A stretch of 64,000 bases of DNA from Octopus sinensis. Taxonomy: Eukaryota. Below, in pieces: positions 1-13,447 of this stretch (position 1 is the first letter of the stretch; every line of letters starts with the position of its first letter). The stretch covers positions 22,878,001 to 22,942,000 of the forward strand of contig NC_043000.1 in assembly GCF_006345805.1 (NCBI RefSeq). Reading direction: 5' to 3'. The notes beneath the pieces are model-generated. The model was not told the origin of the DNA. It did no database searches and saw only the letters and a list, made by a program, of their open reading frames with translations. The translations under genes and the position numbers were made by a program.

Positions 1-264
1 TCATCGTCGTAACCGACGGAGTGCTTCCAAATTCCAAATTCCAAATATATATATATATATGATTGAAAGCTTGACAGGACAAATTGATCGACAAACATTA
101 TATCGGCTTTTACATTTATTATTTAGAGATAGTTCAAACAAGAACATGGAAGAAATTGAGTGAAATGAAAATAATAGCAAACTTGTACGAACAATGCAAG
201 TTAAAAAGAAAATTGTTCATTTGCTGTATGGATGTACAGTGACTATATATCGGAGTCAATTTTT

Positions 265-488
265 ACCACATGGCCAGCAACTTCGGGGCAGTGAGTTAAG
301 CCGATTACCTCGGTCCCAGTGATCAACTGGTACTCATTTTATCGTTCCCGATCAACTGGTACTCATTTTATCGTTCCCGAAGAGATGAAAAGCGAAGTCG
401 ACCTCGGCGGAATTTGAACTTAGAACGTAAAGATGGAGGAAATGTTGTTAGCCCAGCGTGCTAACGACTCTGCCAGCTCGCTGCCTTA
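265..488 (-). mobile_element. tRNA-derived SINE, family A (diverged copy)
   Basis: Reverse complement of the GGCGAGCTGGCAGA...GAGTTCAAATTCCGCCGAGGTCGAC head; contains a ~29-bp internal tandem duplication. Confidence 0.8.
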
Positions 489-510
489 AGGGGACTATAT
501 ATTATGCATT

Positions 511-741
511 GACGGCGAGCTGGCAGAAACGTTAGCACGCCAGGCAAAATGCGTAGCCGTATTTCGTCTGTCGTTACGTTCCAAGTTCAAATTCCGCCGA
601 GGTCGACTTTACCTTTCATCCTTTCAGGGTCGATAAATTAAGTACCAGTTACACACTGGGGTCGATGTAATCGACTTATTCCCTTTGTCTGTCCTTGTTT
701 GTCCCCTCTGTGTTTAGCCCCTTGTGGGTAGTAAAGAAATA
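511..741 (+). mobile_element. tRNA-derived SINE, family A, full length with 15-bp TSD
   Basis: A-box TGGCAGAAACG, B-box AGTTCAAATTC; TATATATTATGCATT is duplicated at 496-510 and 742-756. Confidence 0.9.
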
Positions 742-1384
742 TATATATTATGCATTACTGATCCAGACTAAGTTGGGCAGAGAAAGAATGAGTGATTGAT
801 TGAAAACTATTCAAAATGCTATGAAATCAGATGAGATGAGGTGAAAACTTTGGACAATAAGGCGCAGAGCTTGCAGTTCGGATATTAAATATTGTGTGAG
901 TGAAACCAGCACTGTAATAAAAACCAGATTTAATCTTAGAGAAAAATCACCAAAAGCATGTACGGGTTAATGATATGGCCAGTTACTGTAAATAAAATAC
1001 TCGAAAAGAGTGTTTTTCTTACATGTGAAATGAGAAACTGAGAAAGTACCAAATACGTCAAAGGAGCGTTGGATCAATCTTTATATTGCATCATTTGTGG
1101 GTGAGTGGCATATACTCAAATATATATTTGTGTGTGTATGCATGCATGCTTGCATGTGTGTGTGTGTGTGAGTTTTGTGTGTTGGTTTATGTCAGACGAA
1201 TGAGAAGAAAGTGCTCAATATATATTGTAGAGGATATGGAGGATTTTTATTGAAACTAAAACTGAGAATTTGTCTCGAGACTCCAGTTCTCGCCTGGGGA
1301 TTGCCTGAAGACTCGAGTTGCAAGACAAAGTCTCAGATTTAGTTTTAATAATGTGTGTGTGTGTGTGTTTGTCTGTCTGTCTAT

Positions 1385-1551
1385 CTGTGGCTGTGTGGTA
1401 AGAAGTTTGCATTCAGTCATGTGATTCCCGGTTCAGTCTCGCTGCGTGGTACCTTGGGCAAGTGTCTTCCACTATAGCCACGCCCAAAGTCTTGCAAGTA
1501 GATTTAGCGCACAGAAACTGAAAGAAACCCATCATGTGTGTGTGTATGTAT

Positions 1552-1604
<53 letters not shown>

Positions 1605-1803
1605 CAGTCCTCCATTACCTTTTGACAACCGGCGTTAGTATGTTTGTATCCCCCGTAACTTGGCGGTTCAGCTAAGGCGGTGATAGAATGAGTACTAGGC
1701 TTTAAAAATAAGTACAGGGTCGACTCATTCGACTAGAAAATTCTTCAAGTGGCACCCCAACATGACCGCAATCTAATGACTGAAACAAGTAAAAGATAAA
1801 AGA
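1385..1803 (+). mobile_element. tRNA-derived SINE, family B
   Basis: TGGCTGTGTGGTAAG head, CCTTGGGCAAGTGTCTT body, internal (TG)n, ...GACTGAAACAAGTAAAAGA tail. Confidence 0.8.
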
Positions 1804-2099
1804 TACATTATGTATGTGTGTGCGTGTATTTGTGTGCATATCTACATAGAAATATATTTCATCAAAATATCTGTCTATATATAAAAGTGATGCTGTATGT
1901 ACCTGTGTAATCTCGTATAACTTCTGAATTTCACAACTGATTTTCTCTAAACTAGGAACATACATAACTTATTTCCAGAGATGGTTTTAGACTCTTAAAA
2001 TGTTTCACATAATGAGTAACAGGACCTCTGGGACCAGAAAACACCCTTTCCTGGGTTACGTGGAAAAGGGAGGTAACTCTTTGCGAAGTACTTTCGGAA

Positions 2100-2900
2100 A
2101 TTGTTTGTCTCCCTTACATCCATTGATCAGAAAATTACTACAATCTCAATTGGCTGTGTGAAAGAGCAATACTGGCTCCAGAAAACAACACTGCAAGTAA
2201 AATTAATGAGCAGCTGCTGCAGTACCTTCCTGAAAGTCCTCACACCTATAAGTCAGTTGATACAATCCCATATCCAGAAGAGGTGGTAAGTTAATCAAAA
2301 CAATTTCTCAATTCATTGGAGCCTTCAGGACTATCTCTCCAAAGATTTGAACTTAAAGTGGGAACTCCAGTAATGTTATTGAGGAATTTGGATCCACCAA
2401 CACTCTGCAATGGAACACGCCTGGTGGTAAAGAAGATGATGCCACATGTTATTGAGGCCACCATTCTCTCTGGATGTGGAAAAGGAGAGGATGTTTTTGT
2501 ATCCAGAATTCCGCTCATTCTATAGGTAGCAGAAATTCCTTTTTCATTCAGAAGAATGCAATTTCCTATTCGTATCAGCTTCGCAATGTCTATCAATACA
2601 TCCCAAGGTCAAACGCTGTCTGTGGTAGAACTTCACTTGGGAGAGTCATGCTTCTCACACGAATAATTAAATGTTGGCTGCTCTAGAGTGGGAAGCAAGA
2701 AAACTTATTTGCATTTGTTCTGCAAAGGAAAACAAAGAATATTGTTTACCAAGTGGTTTTGTAGGAATTACTACATCCTACGATGCGCTCCAGTATCCAC
2801 TGCTCTTTGTGAATGGTGAAGATGGATACCATTTCGGCATAATACCAACAAAGCCAAAGACTGCACCAACAAAGCAGTTTCCTGCATGGACTTCAGTATC
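2100..2900 (+). pseudogene. Decayed Helitron RepHel fragments: Pif1 helicase C-terminus followed by a pre-Rep segment
   Basis: WLCERAILAP, LKVGTPVMLLRNLDPPTLCNGTRL, FPIRISFAMSINTSQGQTL, CSRVG, then SYDALQYPLLFVNGEDGYHF; stops and frameshifts present. Confidence 0.85.
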
Positions 2901-3407
2901 AAAGCATATTATCTCCAATTACTCCCACCAACCACGCGGTAAGCCATTACGCCATATTTTTTCAAGTAATTCATTACTACATATTCTCATGTGACTGCAT
3001 CGGCTCAGTCTGTTTGTTATTCTACAGACACACCAGCAATCCAATGTCAACCCTTCGCCTTGTACAACATTTCAACCGTTCACTTCCTCGTTGCTGTCTC
3101 CTATTGCAGCCCCTTTCCAGAATGTACCCATTTACGTACAATATCTCCATTACACCTACATTCATTCGACTGTCAACCATACAACAGGTCGTATTAGACG
3201 CAGCGCCGACCACCACAAAGGAGAGTATATCCACCGACAGCTTTTCAGTGCGTTCAAAAATCACATACACCTCAACCTCAATTTTCCATGACAGGTTACC
3301 TGGAATCTTCCAAACGGGCGCATGACATGTCGCGTAGTCGATTTAGCCCACAAATGTTTTGTCGTCAATGCTGCACTTTCCCGTATCACATGCTTCAACA
3401 TAACTAA

Positions 3408-3799
3408 TCTCTCTATATATAAAGCTGAAGTTGTTTGTGTATGGCAGGTTTGATAGCCTTCAACTAACACTATCTCCTCCGAGACCCTGCGGCGCAAGTT
3501 GACCAAAATTGAAAATATGATAGAAGAAGGCTTGCTCTTCCTTCCATAGAAGAAAAAATTCAAATCGGACCATGCTAACACCAAAAATTATTTACATCAA
3601 AAAGGTACTTTTTTTTCTATGAAAACCCCTAATTTTTATGATTTTTTGACTGCGGTGTTGCCATTTTTCGGTGTATTTCAACCAGAAAAATGTTCACTTA
3701 AAGAGAATAACAAGCTACATAAAACAAAATTTTTACTTTTCAAAAATTCCAATTCTAAAGGTCGAAACAAACCCGAGCAACGCCGGGCGATACTGCTAG
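3408..3799 (+). mobile_element. Non-autonomous Helitron
   Basis: 5' TC(TC)TATATATAAA, 3' hairpin CCCGAGCAACGCCGGG plus CTAG, inserted between A and T; a second 3'-like end (CCCGAGCAA...CTAG-T) lies at 3829-3856. Confidence 0.8.
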
Positions 3800-4736
3800 T
3801 ATATATATACAAACTACGTCATTTTAATCCCGAGCAATTCTAGGTATCCCTGCTAGTTTAGAATAAAATTAGGCAGCAACAGCAACAACAAAGATTACAC
3901 TAAACAAGTCAATGTAGGAACCTGTGCATCATCGCACGGCTTGCTAGAAATAGCAGCCAAGTTTCCGTTTCCTTCCATTCATTACCATTCAGAGTTTAAA
4001 AAACAAGAAGGTCACATAGAACAATACAGTCCTAAATGTCTGTAAAAATACGAGATGGTCACGGGTGGGAAGCGTTTGATTATATGTCTGCTCGAACGGG
4101 AGACGACCGAGAGCTAAACAAACAAAAACCAACAGAAATATCATAAAGAACTAACATGAAAAGCCATTGCAACAATATGCAACTAACATAAAATATCCGA
4201 AATACCAAGAACTGCTGACAGCAAAAGCAGTTGCAAGACGTTGGCGGCGGCGGTGACGACAATGGACGACAGCAGGAGCAGCAACAACAAACCTGACCTT
4301 CTGGCGACCATTTTTTTTTTAACATAAAGCGTCCGCTGAAGCCATGGTTGGTAGAGACAAAGAGGAAGCAATTTGTGAGTGAATACAATTTTAGGTTAAC
4401 ACTCAGTAACCACTGAAACTGTGACAGAACATTTAAAGCAATGCAATATTGACGCGACATAACAATTGTTAAACCAATATTTTAGAACTATATAACTATA
4501 ATAACTATAATGTTAGCTGTACTGCGTGTACAATTGCACACTTACAGTACTTTTGGCATTTGAGAAATAACGAATTAATAGCTTAAATAGGATTATTTAT
4601 TGTCTATAGATTGACAACATGCAATTTAGATACATCAAAATATGTTGCAACATACGAGTTCGCATCAAAAATTTTGCAAACTAAATACAAGGACGAAACA
4701 ATTTATTAAAATTTATTAGGATTAATAACTTATATA

Positions 4737-5160
4737 GGCGTAAGAGTGGCTGTGTGGTAAGTAGCTTGCTTACGAACCACATGGTTCCAGGTTTAGTCCC
4801 ACTGCGTGGCTCCTTGGCCAAGTGTCTTCTACTATAGCCTCGGGCCGACCAAAGCCTTGTGAGTGGATTTGGTAGACGGAAACCGAAAGAAGCCAGTCGC
4901 ATATATGTATATATATATATATATATATATGCATGTATGTGTGTGTGTGTGTATGTTTGTATGTCTGTGTTTGTCCCCCCAACATCGCTTGACAACCGAT
5001 GTTGGTGTGTTTACGTCCACGTAACTTAGCGGTCTGGCAAAAGAGACCGATAGACTAAGCTTACAAAGAATAAGTCCTGGGGTCGATATGCTCGACTAAA
5101 GGCGGTGCTCCAGAATGGCCACAGTCACATGACTGAAACCAGTAAAAGAGTAAAAGAGTA
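4737..5160 (+). mobile_element. tRNA-derived SINE, family B, full length
   Basis: GGCGTAAGAGTGGCTGTGTGG head through a (GTAAAAGA)n tail. Confidence 0.88.
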
Positions 5161-6274
5161 TTCGTCAATAGCTAGTCTAAGCAATATAAAACAACATGTA
5201 GCCATACATACAAGTTTAGATTCGTTGTTTTGTCACTTGTGCTATTTTAACCAATCGGAAATTTTAGCTGTTTATATTGTATGTACGCTATATGGTCAGT
5301 CAGTGAAATAGCGGTGATTTGTTATGTATGGACGTAAATATATACGTAGAAAAATAACACGCACAAACAAAAGGAGTCAGATGGTGAGGCAGGGAAGAAG
5401 GAAAGAAATGAATAATAGATTTATCAGAAATGCAAAGCATACAAATATGAAACGAAACAAGAACACAGTAAAAGAATGTGTTCAATGAATATACACACTT
5501 CATACGCCAATAAAAGAAACAGAAGGTCTAATGTTTCAGGTTATACCCTTTATCAAACTGAAGGATAAGTAATACGAGGTCTAAGAGGGAAAAAATATAA
5601 ACGTTGCCGAATTTATGATGCATGATTACATTTCAGGCTTAATGTAAAAAGAAAGTTGGAGTGGGATAGTAGAACCAGAAGTGAAGACACAATGTCGATC
5701 ATAGTGAGTGCAGGTGTTAAGAGAGCGAGATAAAGAATGAGAAAGAGGAAAAAAGCAATAAGTGAAGAGAGGAAGCAAGGAAGAGATAAACAAAGAAAAG
5801 GAAATGGAGAAAACGAGAGAGGAAAGACTGAGCGAAGGAAAGTGAGGCAGAGAGCTAAGAATCTCAAAATATTTGTGTGAGTATATAGGGAAGTAAAGTT
5901 AAATAGGCGCTGTTGTCATTTATGAAGATGTTAAATAGCATCTAATATGTATTGAGGAATATGAGATAAGTGTATCTAGATGTAAAACAGTGGTTCATAC
6001 AAAATAATACACCAGGCTAGGGAATACGTCTGACCACTACTTACATATATGCGTGCTTGGGCATATATAAGATTAAGGATTGCAAAACCAACCGTTGAGT
6101 AATGCAGGTAAGGGATTATATAAGGTGATGTCAATGACTGAAAACACTGATACTGTATTACCTTAAATGTTTGGTTAATGATTCTATAATATTTCGAAGA
6201 AAACTTCCTTCTTCAAACAGAAAAAGGAAAAGTCCAAAACTTCAATAAGAACACATTTCTTCGAACTCTTTAAT

Positions 6275-6518
6275 TATTTTATTGTGTCTGGGAAGAGTCA
6301 TTCTCTTTTAGTGCCTCATCACTTAACACACTCCCCGGTTCGATTTCCACCCATCTACTTATTTATTTTTCTAAAACTTTCGTTGCTTCCATTGAAGAGG
6401 TTGCAAGACGCAACGAAAATTTTTGAAAAAATAAATAAATTAGTGGAAATCGAACCGGTGAGTGGGTTAAGTAATAAGGCTCTAAAAGAAAATTACTCTC
6501 CCCAGACACAATAAAATA
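6275..6518. repeat. Fold-back element with ~110-bp imperfect inverted arms
   Basis: 6275-6386 is the reverse complement of 6410-6518 with scattered mismatches. Confidence 0.85.
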
Positions 6519-6788
6519 TGCTTCAACACACCAATTCACATAAAGAATCTCACAAACCAAATACAAAAACGAAATTTAATTATTTTCTTCTATTTGAAAA
6601 GAGGAGTTTTCCCCGAAATATCATAGGGTCTTTAAACAACCTGTGTAACACAATACAATATCTTTTCTTCTATTTTCATTCATTGACATCACCTTACATA
6701 TCTTTTTACTCTAAACTGCATTGCTGAAGGAATTTAGCAAACATTTATTCCATTTACACATAATATAAACTCTCGAGTAAATTACAGA

Positions 6789-6856
<68 letters not shown>

Positions 6857-6862
6857 AATTGT

Positions 6863-7236
6863 GGAGGCGCAATGGCCCAGTGGTTGGGGCAGCGGACTCG
6901 CGGTCATGGGATCGCGTTTCGATTCCCAGACCGGGCGTTGTGAGTGTTTATTGAGCGAAAACACCTAAAGCTCCACGAGGCTCCGGCGGGGGATGGTGGT
7001 GATCCCTGCTGTACTCTTTCACCACAACTTTCTCACTCTTGCTCCGTCCTGTTTCTGTTGTACTGTATTCAAGGGGCCGGCCTTGTCACTCTCTGTGTCA
7101 CGCTGACTATCCCCGAGAACTACGTTAGGGGTACACGTGTCTGTGGAGTGCTCAGCCACTTACACGTTAATTTCACGAGCAGGCTGTTCCGTTGATTCCG
7201 ATCAACCGGAACCCTCGTCGTCGTAACCGACGGAGT
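6863..7236 (+). mobile_element. tRNA-derived SINE, family C (tRNA-Arg-like head)
   Basis: A-box TGGCCCAGTGG, GACTCGCGGTC anticodon-like arm, B-box-like TTTCGATTCCC; ends CGTCGTAACCGACGGAGT, the same end seen at 1-24. Confidence 0.85.
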
Positions 7237-7278
7237 AAAGGAGGGAGGAGATGTATGTAATGTATGTATGTATGTACG

Positions 7279-7309
<31 letters not shown>

Positions 7310-7684
7310 TAATTGTGTACCATGGTCTCCGTTTTTTTTGTTTAGTTGTTTTTTTGTTTTGTTTTGTTTTTTGTTGTCGTTGTTTTAGGGGGTTTTTTTG
7401 TCTTTGTTGCCGTACACATTCGTTAGCTTTCTTACAAAGGGATTTAATGCACTTAGCTTAGAGTTTTTTTTGGGGGGGGGGCAACCAGATCGAACCATTT
7501 CAAGTGTAACTGCCCGAAATAGTCGTGACTTCTCGAACTTGACTGGGGAAAAAAAGCCACGAATGACCCCTCTTTTTTTTTTTTTGCCTGTTTTTCTAAT
7601 TGTTATTTCTCTAGTCCGCCTTTGTATCGTCTATCTATCCGAATGTTTTAATGTCCTCTATCGCGTTTTTGTTCCATTTATACA

Positions 7685-7726
<42 letters not shown>

Positions 7727-8150
7727 ATATAATATATATATATGCGTATATGTATGTATCGTAGTAAATACCGTATAACATGGTATATTCTTAAAATATT
7801 GATTTAACAATGCAGCATGAATATTGTATTGCTTCTTCAAACCAGAAATTTTAGCTAATCAGAAGTTTTAGCCAAATAATTATATATGCAGTTGTCTCGG
7901 TCTGTCTTAAACTATTCTGAACTGTGTTTAGAGCTGATATGTAATATTTTGATTATAGATGTTTTTCTTAGCTGATTGGGTCACTACTAACGCTTATACA
8001 ACATGTTATTCGTAAATATTTATAATAAATCATAAAGAAGTGAAGTCAAATTTGTGCAGGCCTATCGGTGGCTCTTTGCTTTGTTTCATTCACTCGTCAC
8101 AAGACGAGTTATCAAACATCCGCTCCGCAGCACAGCACAGAAGATAATTC

Positions 8151-8242
<92 letters not shown>

Positions 8243-8892
8243 ATATGCATATATACATACATATATGTACATACCTACATATATATGTATATATATATGT
8301 ATATATATATGCATATATGGGGACAGGACATCAAAAATACGTTGAACACAATGAGAAACGAAAACATAAAAACAAAAACATAGAAACGAACTTTTTTTCA
8401 AACAACGAAAAAAACAAACAGAGAAATGAGACATGCAACATAAAGAATATTCCCCTTCATCAGTTGTCCCTGTTTCATATCCTCCACGTTTCGAAGGCAA
8501 GGACAAGACGCGACTTCGTTGAAACAATCCTTCCCGCAAAGCAAATTAAATAAAATTTGGGATTTTTTGCGTAGGGTAAAAGTGGTAACAAGAACAGGAC
8601 AGCAAGAACAAAACAGTAAAAACAATAAAAAAGTAAAAACAGTAAAAGATAGAACAATGAGAAGAAAACACTAAAAACAAACGATGAGGGCTGTTAAGCC
8701 AAGACGATGGAAAAATTATTGTGAATGCTTAAGGAATATACATATATATAAGAAAAAAGATGACAAACGAAAATAAATGATTATTTTATGAACTTCGTTA
8801 GCTTACAGTTGTTTTCGCTATATGACGAGTGCCTGAGTAATACTTTACAGTTTCATCAGAGAGCCTCTGTGTGTGTATCTCTCTCTCGCTCT

Positions 8893-8934
<42 letters not shown>

Positions 8935-9464
8935 TCTCTCACAATTGTCTTAAACCATGTGAAACATCAAGTAAAGCAGAAATATTTGGCGATATCTAGA
9001 AATTTACAAACTGATCCACCTTGATCAATCTGTAAAACGCAACACACGTTAACTATTTTTGTCTTCCTCCTCGCTAAAATTATCCACAAGTACACTTGCG
9101 CTCATTATTTCAATGAATTTGTAAAACAAGATTCATGTTTTTAGAGCTGCAATCTACAGTAAACCAACGTTAATAATTCCCTCTGATTGAAATACCTTAG
9201 TTATTAGTGGAGACTAAGTCTTAGTTTAGTGGTTCGACACTATAAGTACCAACATTTCTTACTTTCTGCAAGGACCAAAACGGTCATTTTTGACCGGCAC
9301 TGAAAATCTTATTGAAAAAAATGTATGTACAAAAATATATGCATACACATATATATGAAAGAATGTTCGTGGTTGCACGTTCAGTATGGTCGTAGAGATT
9401 AAAAAGTAAAAGTAAAAGCAAAAGCGATCATAGATGATCGCTCGGTACTTCTAGTGTTAATTTT

Positions 9465-9615
9465 CGTGGTCTGATCAATAAGTATCCGGACTAAAGCACG
9501 CAGAGTAGAGCCGCTTTGCACAGATTGACTTGGAACTCTGATGTGTATGCCCACTAGGTTTTAACGTTCTAGCTCACTTCCGTTCTTTGCAGCAGCGCTT
9601 GGAAGGGAGGTGTGT
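9465..9615 (+). mobile_element. Possible mariner-type terminal remnant
   Basis: CGTGGTCTGATCAATAAGTATCCGGAC resembles mariner TIRs; no partner end seen. Confidence 0.35.
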
Positions 9616-9690
9616 AGCGGCGGCAGCTGCAGCAGCGGCGGCGACGGCAGCAGCGGCGGCGACGGCAACAGTGGCGGCGGGAGCGGCGGG

Positions 9691-9721
<31 letters not shown>

Positions 9722-9890
9722 GCGGCGGCAGCGGCGGCAGCGGCGGCAGCGGCGGCAGCGGCGGCATCGGCGGCAGCGGCGGCAGCGGCGGCAGCGCGGC
9801 AGCGGCGGCAGCGGCGGCAGCGGCGGCGGCAGCGGCGGCAGCGGCGGCAGCGGCGGCAGCGGCGGCAGCGGCGGCAGCGGCGGCAGCGGT
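9616..9890. repeat. GC-rich (GGC/GCA)n compound trinucleotide repeat
   Basis: About 275 bp of GCGGCA/GCGGCG units. Confidence 0.95.
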
Positions 9891-10017
9891 GCTTGTGGTT
9901 ACCGCCAAATCATCCCTGCAGACCCATAACCAATGTCATTCAAACCGTAACAGTCCTGTCTTCTGATCCAGAATATCCATTTACACAGTACAAGGAGTAC
10001 CGTACACACCGCACATC

Positions 10018-10459
10018 TCGTCGTCGTCGTCGTGGCGGCGGCGGCGGCGGCGGCGATGATGAAGATGGTGATGATGATGATAATGATGATGATGATGATG
10101 ACGACGACGACGACGGCGACGACGACGGCGACGACGACGGCGACGACGACGGCGACGAAGGCGACGGCGATCATGAATATTATGATGATGATGGTGATGA
10201 CGACGATAATGATGATGATGATGATAATTGGAACAACAATGGCAGCAACAAAAAACAGCAACAGTTGTAATTGATACACAAACTCTGACAGAATTTTCTG
10301 GAAGACTTGGAACGTTCTTTATCTTTTCAGAAGATTCTAAAAGCCTGTGGTATCATTCAGAGATAAAGATGGCTCTGGTGAGTAATATAGAGAGGGGAGG
10401 AGGAGGGGAGGAACGGAGGTGGGCGTGAGGTGGTGATTAACGATGATGACGACGACGAC

Positions 10460-10490
<31 letters not shown>

Positions 10491-10762
10491 GTGATGGTGA
10501 TGATGATGATGATGATGATGACGACGATGATGATGATGGTGATGGTGATGATGATGATGATGATGCGGAGGAGGAGGAAGACGACGACGACGACGTCAGT
10601 GGTGGTGGTGGTGGTGGTGGTGGTGGTGGTGGTAGTGGTGGTGGTTGTGGTGCTGTTGGTAGTGGTAGCGATGACTATGATGATGATCATGATGATGAAA
10701 ATGATGATGACCATGATAATGATGATGATGACAACGACGACGGCGATGACGGTAACAACGAC

Positions 10763-10836
<74 letters not shown>

Positions 10837-10838
10837 TA
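10018..10838. repeat. Compound trinucleotide microsatellite cluster (CGT, GGC, GAT, GAC, GGT, ATA)
   Basis: Successive blocks are directly visible. Confidence 0.95.
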
Positions 10839-11589
10839 AATGAAATTTAAGAATATAATACGGACGAGAAAAGAATAATTCAAAATTAAAATGAATGCTT
10901 TTTTCTTGTTTAGTTGTTACTGTTGTTTCTGTGACTTTTTTTTTTGTTTTTTGTTTAGTTTTCTTCTTTCTTTTTTCTTTTTTTATTTGTCATCTAACAT
11001 GGTGACCGAAAGGCATTTTGTATGTTCAAAAAGTGAGATTCAGGCATAAACCGAATGTTTTTTAGAGAAAGAAAGGCAAAACGAAAAATATAAATTTAAA
11101 AAAAAAAACAGCACACAAAAAAAAAGAAAAGAGAAATAAACTAAACACAAATATATATATATATGTATGAACAACAACAACAGTACCAACAACAAAAACG
11201 GCTTCGGTAACAACAACATCAGCAGCGCCATCGAAATAATAATGACAGAGGTAATTTCATGTACGAAGAATAGAAAGTGAATTCAAGGATTATTTCTTAG
11301 GGTATGGAAGATTCCTAGCGAGATGGCAGCAATAAAATGACATGACGTGTCAAAAACACTGACAGTTAACAATATTAATATTAAAATTTAAAGATAAACA
11401 ATGAAAATATTACAACAACAACAAAAAAAAAAAGAACCAACAGTTCGGAACTACTTTGGAAGCAAAACAGCTGTACGGTAAAAGGATATCATGAAACTAG
11501 TAAACGATGTAATGATATGTGGAAATTATTATAATGATCGTCGTTGAGGATACGGGAAAACACACACACACACACAGCATACGACAAAC

Positions 11590-11607
11590 ATATATGTTTA
11601 TATATGC

Positions 11608-11649
<42 letters not shown>

Positions 11650-11867
11650 GTATGTATATGTGATCTCTTGAGCACCACCAGCAAAAATATTTTTTCCTCT
11701 GTCTTCCTTTCTTGGGATCTTTCCTTCTCCTTGTTTCCGACGAAGAGCTCCGCTCGAAACGTTAAACCCTCCTTCCCTTCTTTCCTGAGCGTCAATAATA
11801 CTTTAATTGTTCCACGTCCTCGCGTTGCTGTTTTTTTCTTTTTTTCTGTGTTTTCTTGTTTGGATTA

Positions 11868-11953
<86 letters not shown>

Positions 11954-13247
11954 AATGTATGTATGTATGTGTATATATATAAATATATGTATATATATTA
12001 CACACAACATACATTGCATACAGACATGCATAGGTGTGTGTACGCGTCATCTGCTGCTTTTTGTATCATATATATGTATATATACTATACAACATTTATA
12101 TATATACGTACCATACATATAATATATATATTTATATATATATCATACAGTGTCTGTGTGTGTGTCTGTGTGTATGTGTATGTGTGTGTGTATGTGTGTG
12201 TATGTGTATGTATGTGTATGTATGTGTGTGTATGTGTGTGTATGTGTGTGTGTGTGTGTGTGTATGTGTGTGTGTATGTGTGTGTGTATGTGTGTGTGCG
12301 TGCGTATTTTTCATAGAAGCGAAATAGGTAAGTAAGCATTGTAATAAGAGCTCATGTTTTTTTATAGATAAGATATAAGTCATACAAGACACAAAAGGAG
12401 GCGGCAGGCTGGCAGTAAGCATTATCAGGTCGTACAAAATGCTTAGCGGCATTTCTTTCCGTTTCCGTACGTTTTGAGTTCGAATCCTACCGAGGTCGAC
12501 CTTGCTTTTTATCTTTTTGGGGTCGATCAAATAAAGCACCAATGAAGTACTCGGGCCGATGTAATTGAACTTGACCCCTTCCCCGAATTTCAAGGGAAGG
12601 GAGATGACGTCATTCTGTATAACCCCACTTCATTTGGCTGTCGGGAATAGTTGCCACGTTTTCTAGGAAGGTATCTTAAACCGATTTGCGCCTTAATCAA
12701 AGGCAGGTTTAGGGCTCAGAGCCATTGCAAGTGGAAGTGAGCCCCCAGCCCTCGAATTCTTCAGCACCTTCAGAGAGACATTTAGTACGTTTCACATTTA
12801 TATTTCATCTTTTATTTGTTTCAGACACCGGAATGCGGCCATGCTTGGCCACCTCGAAAGATCTGGACGAACAAATCACCCCCAACCCAATGCTTATTTT
12901 TTAAGCCTGATATGTATTCTATTGCGCCTAACCGCAAAGTTACGAGGACGTAAACAAACCAACATTTATATATATATATATATGTTTCTCTATTACCCAC
13001 AAGGGGTTAAACATAGAGGGGACAAACAAGGACAGACAAACGGATTAAGTCGATTACATCGACCCCAGTGCGTAACTGGTACTTAATTTATCGACCCCGA
13101 AAGGATGAAAGGCAAAGTAGACCTCGGCGGAATTTGAACTCAGAATGTAGCGGCAGACGAAATACCGCTAAGCATTTCGCCCGGCATGCTAACGTTTCTG
13201 CCAAGTCACCGCCTTCAATATATATTATATATATATATAATATATAT

Positions 13248-13337
<90 letters not shown>

Positions 13338-13395
13338 CGCTTAGTTAATATATATATATATATATATAATATATATACATATATATATATATACA

Positions 13396-13447
<52 letters not shown>

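Noticed and set aside
3942-3962. Recurrent TGCTAGAAATAGCAGCCAA-like motif (also about 15280 minus and 24362 plus) as a regulatory site
   Set aside because: Most likely the conserved core of an old SINE family; no evidence of a cis-regulatory role.
5520-5560. TTGATAAA-GGG-TATAA-CCT-GAAA-CA-TT on the minus strand
   Set aside because: Too degenerate to support; at best a decayed PLE-type motif.
6863-6935. tRNA genes (also at 24925, 43069, 58542 and about 32050)
   Set aside because: The A/B boxes are followed by SINE bodies and the cloverleaves are incomplete; these are tRNA-derived SINE heads.
8430-8520. CTGATGAAGGGG and GAAACGTG on the minus strand as a hammerhead
   Set aside because: The core halves are in the wrong order and no closing stem II is found.
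9587-10270. 227-aa ORF with poly-Ala, RQR repeats and poly-Asp as a real gene
   Set aside because: It is entirely low complexity, open in several frames because the repeats lack stops, and has no splice or domain evidence.
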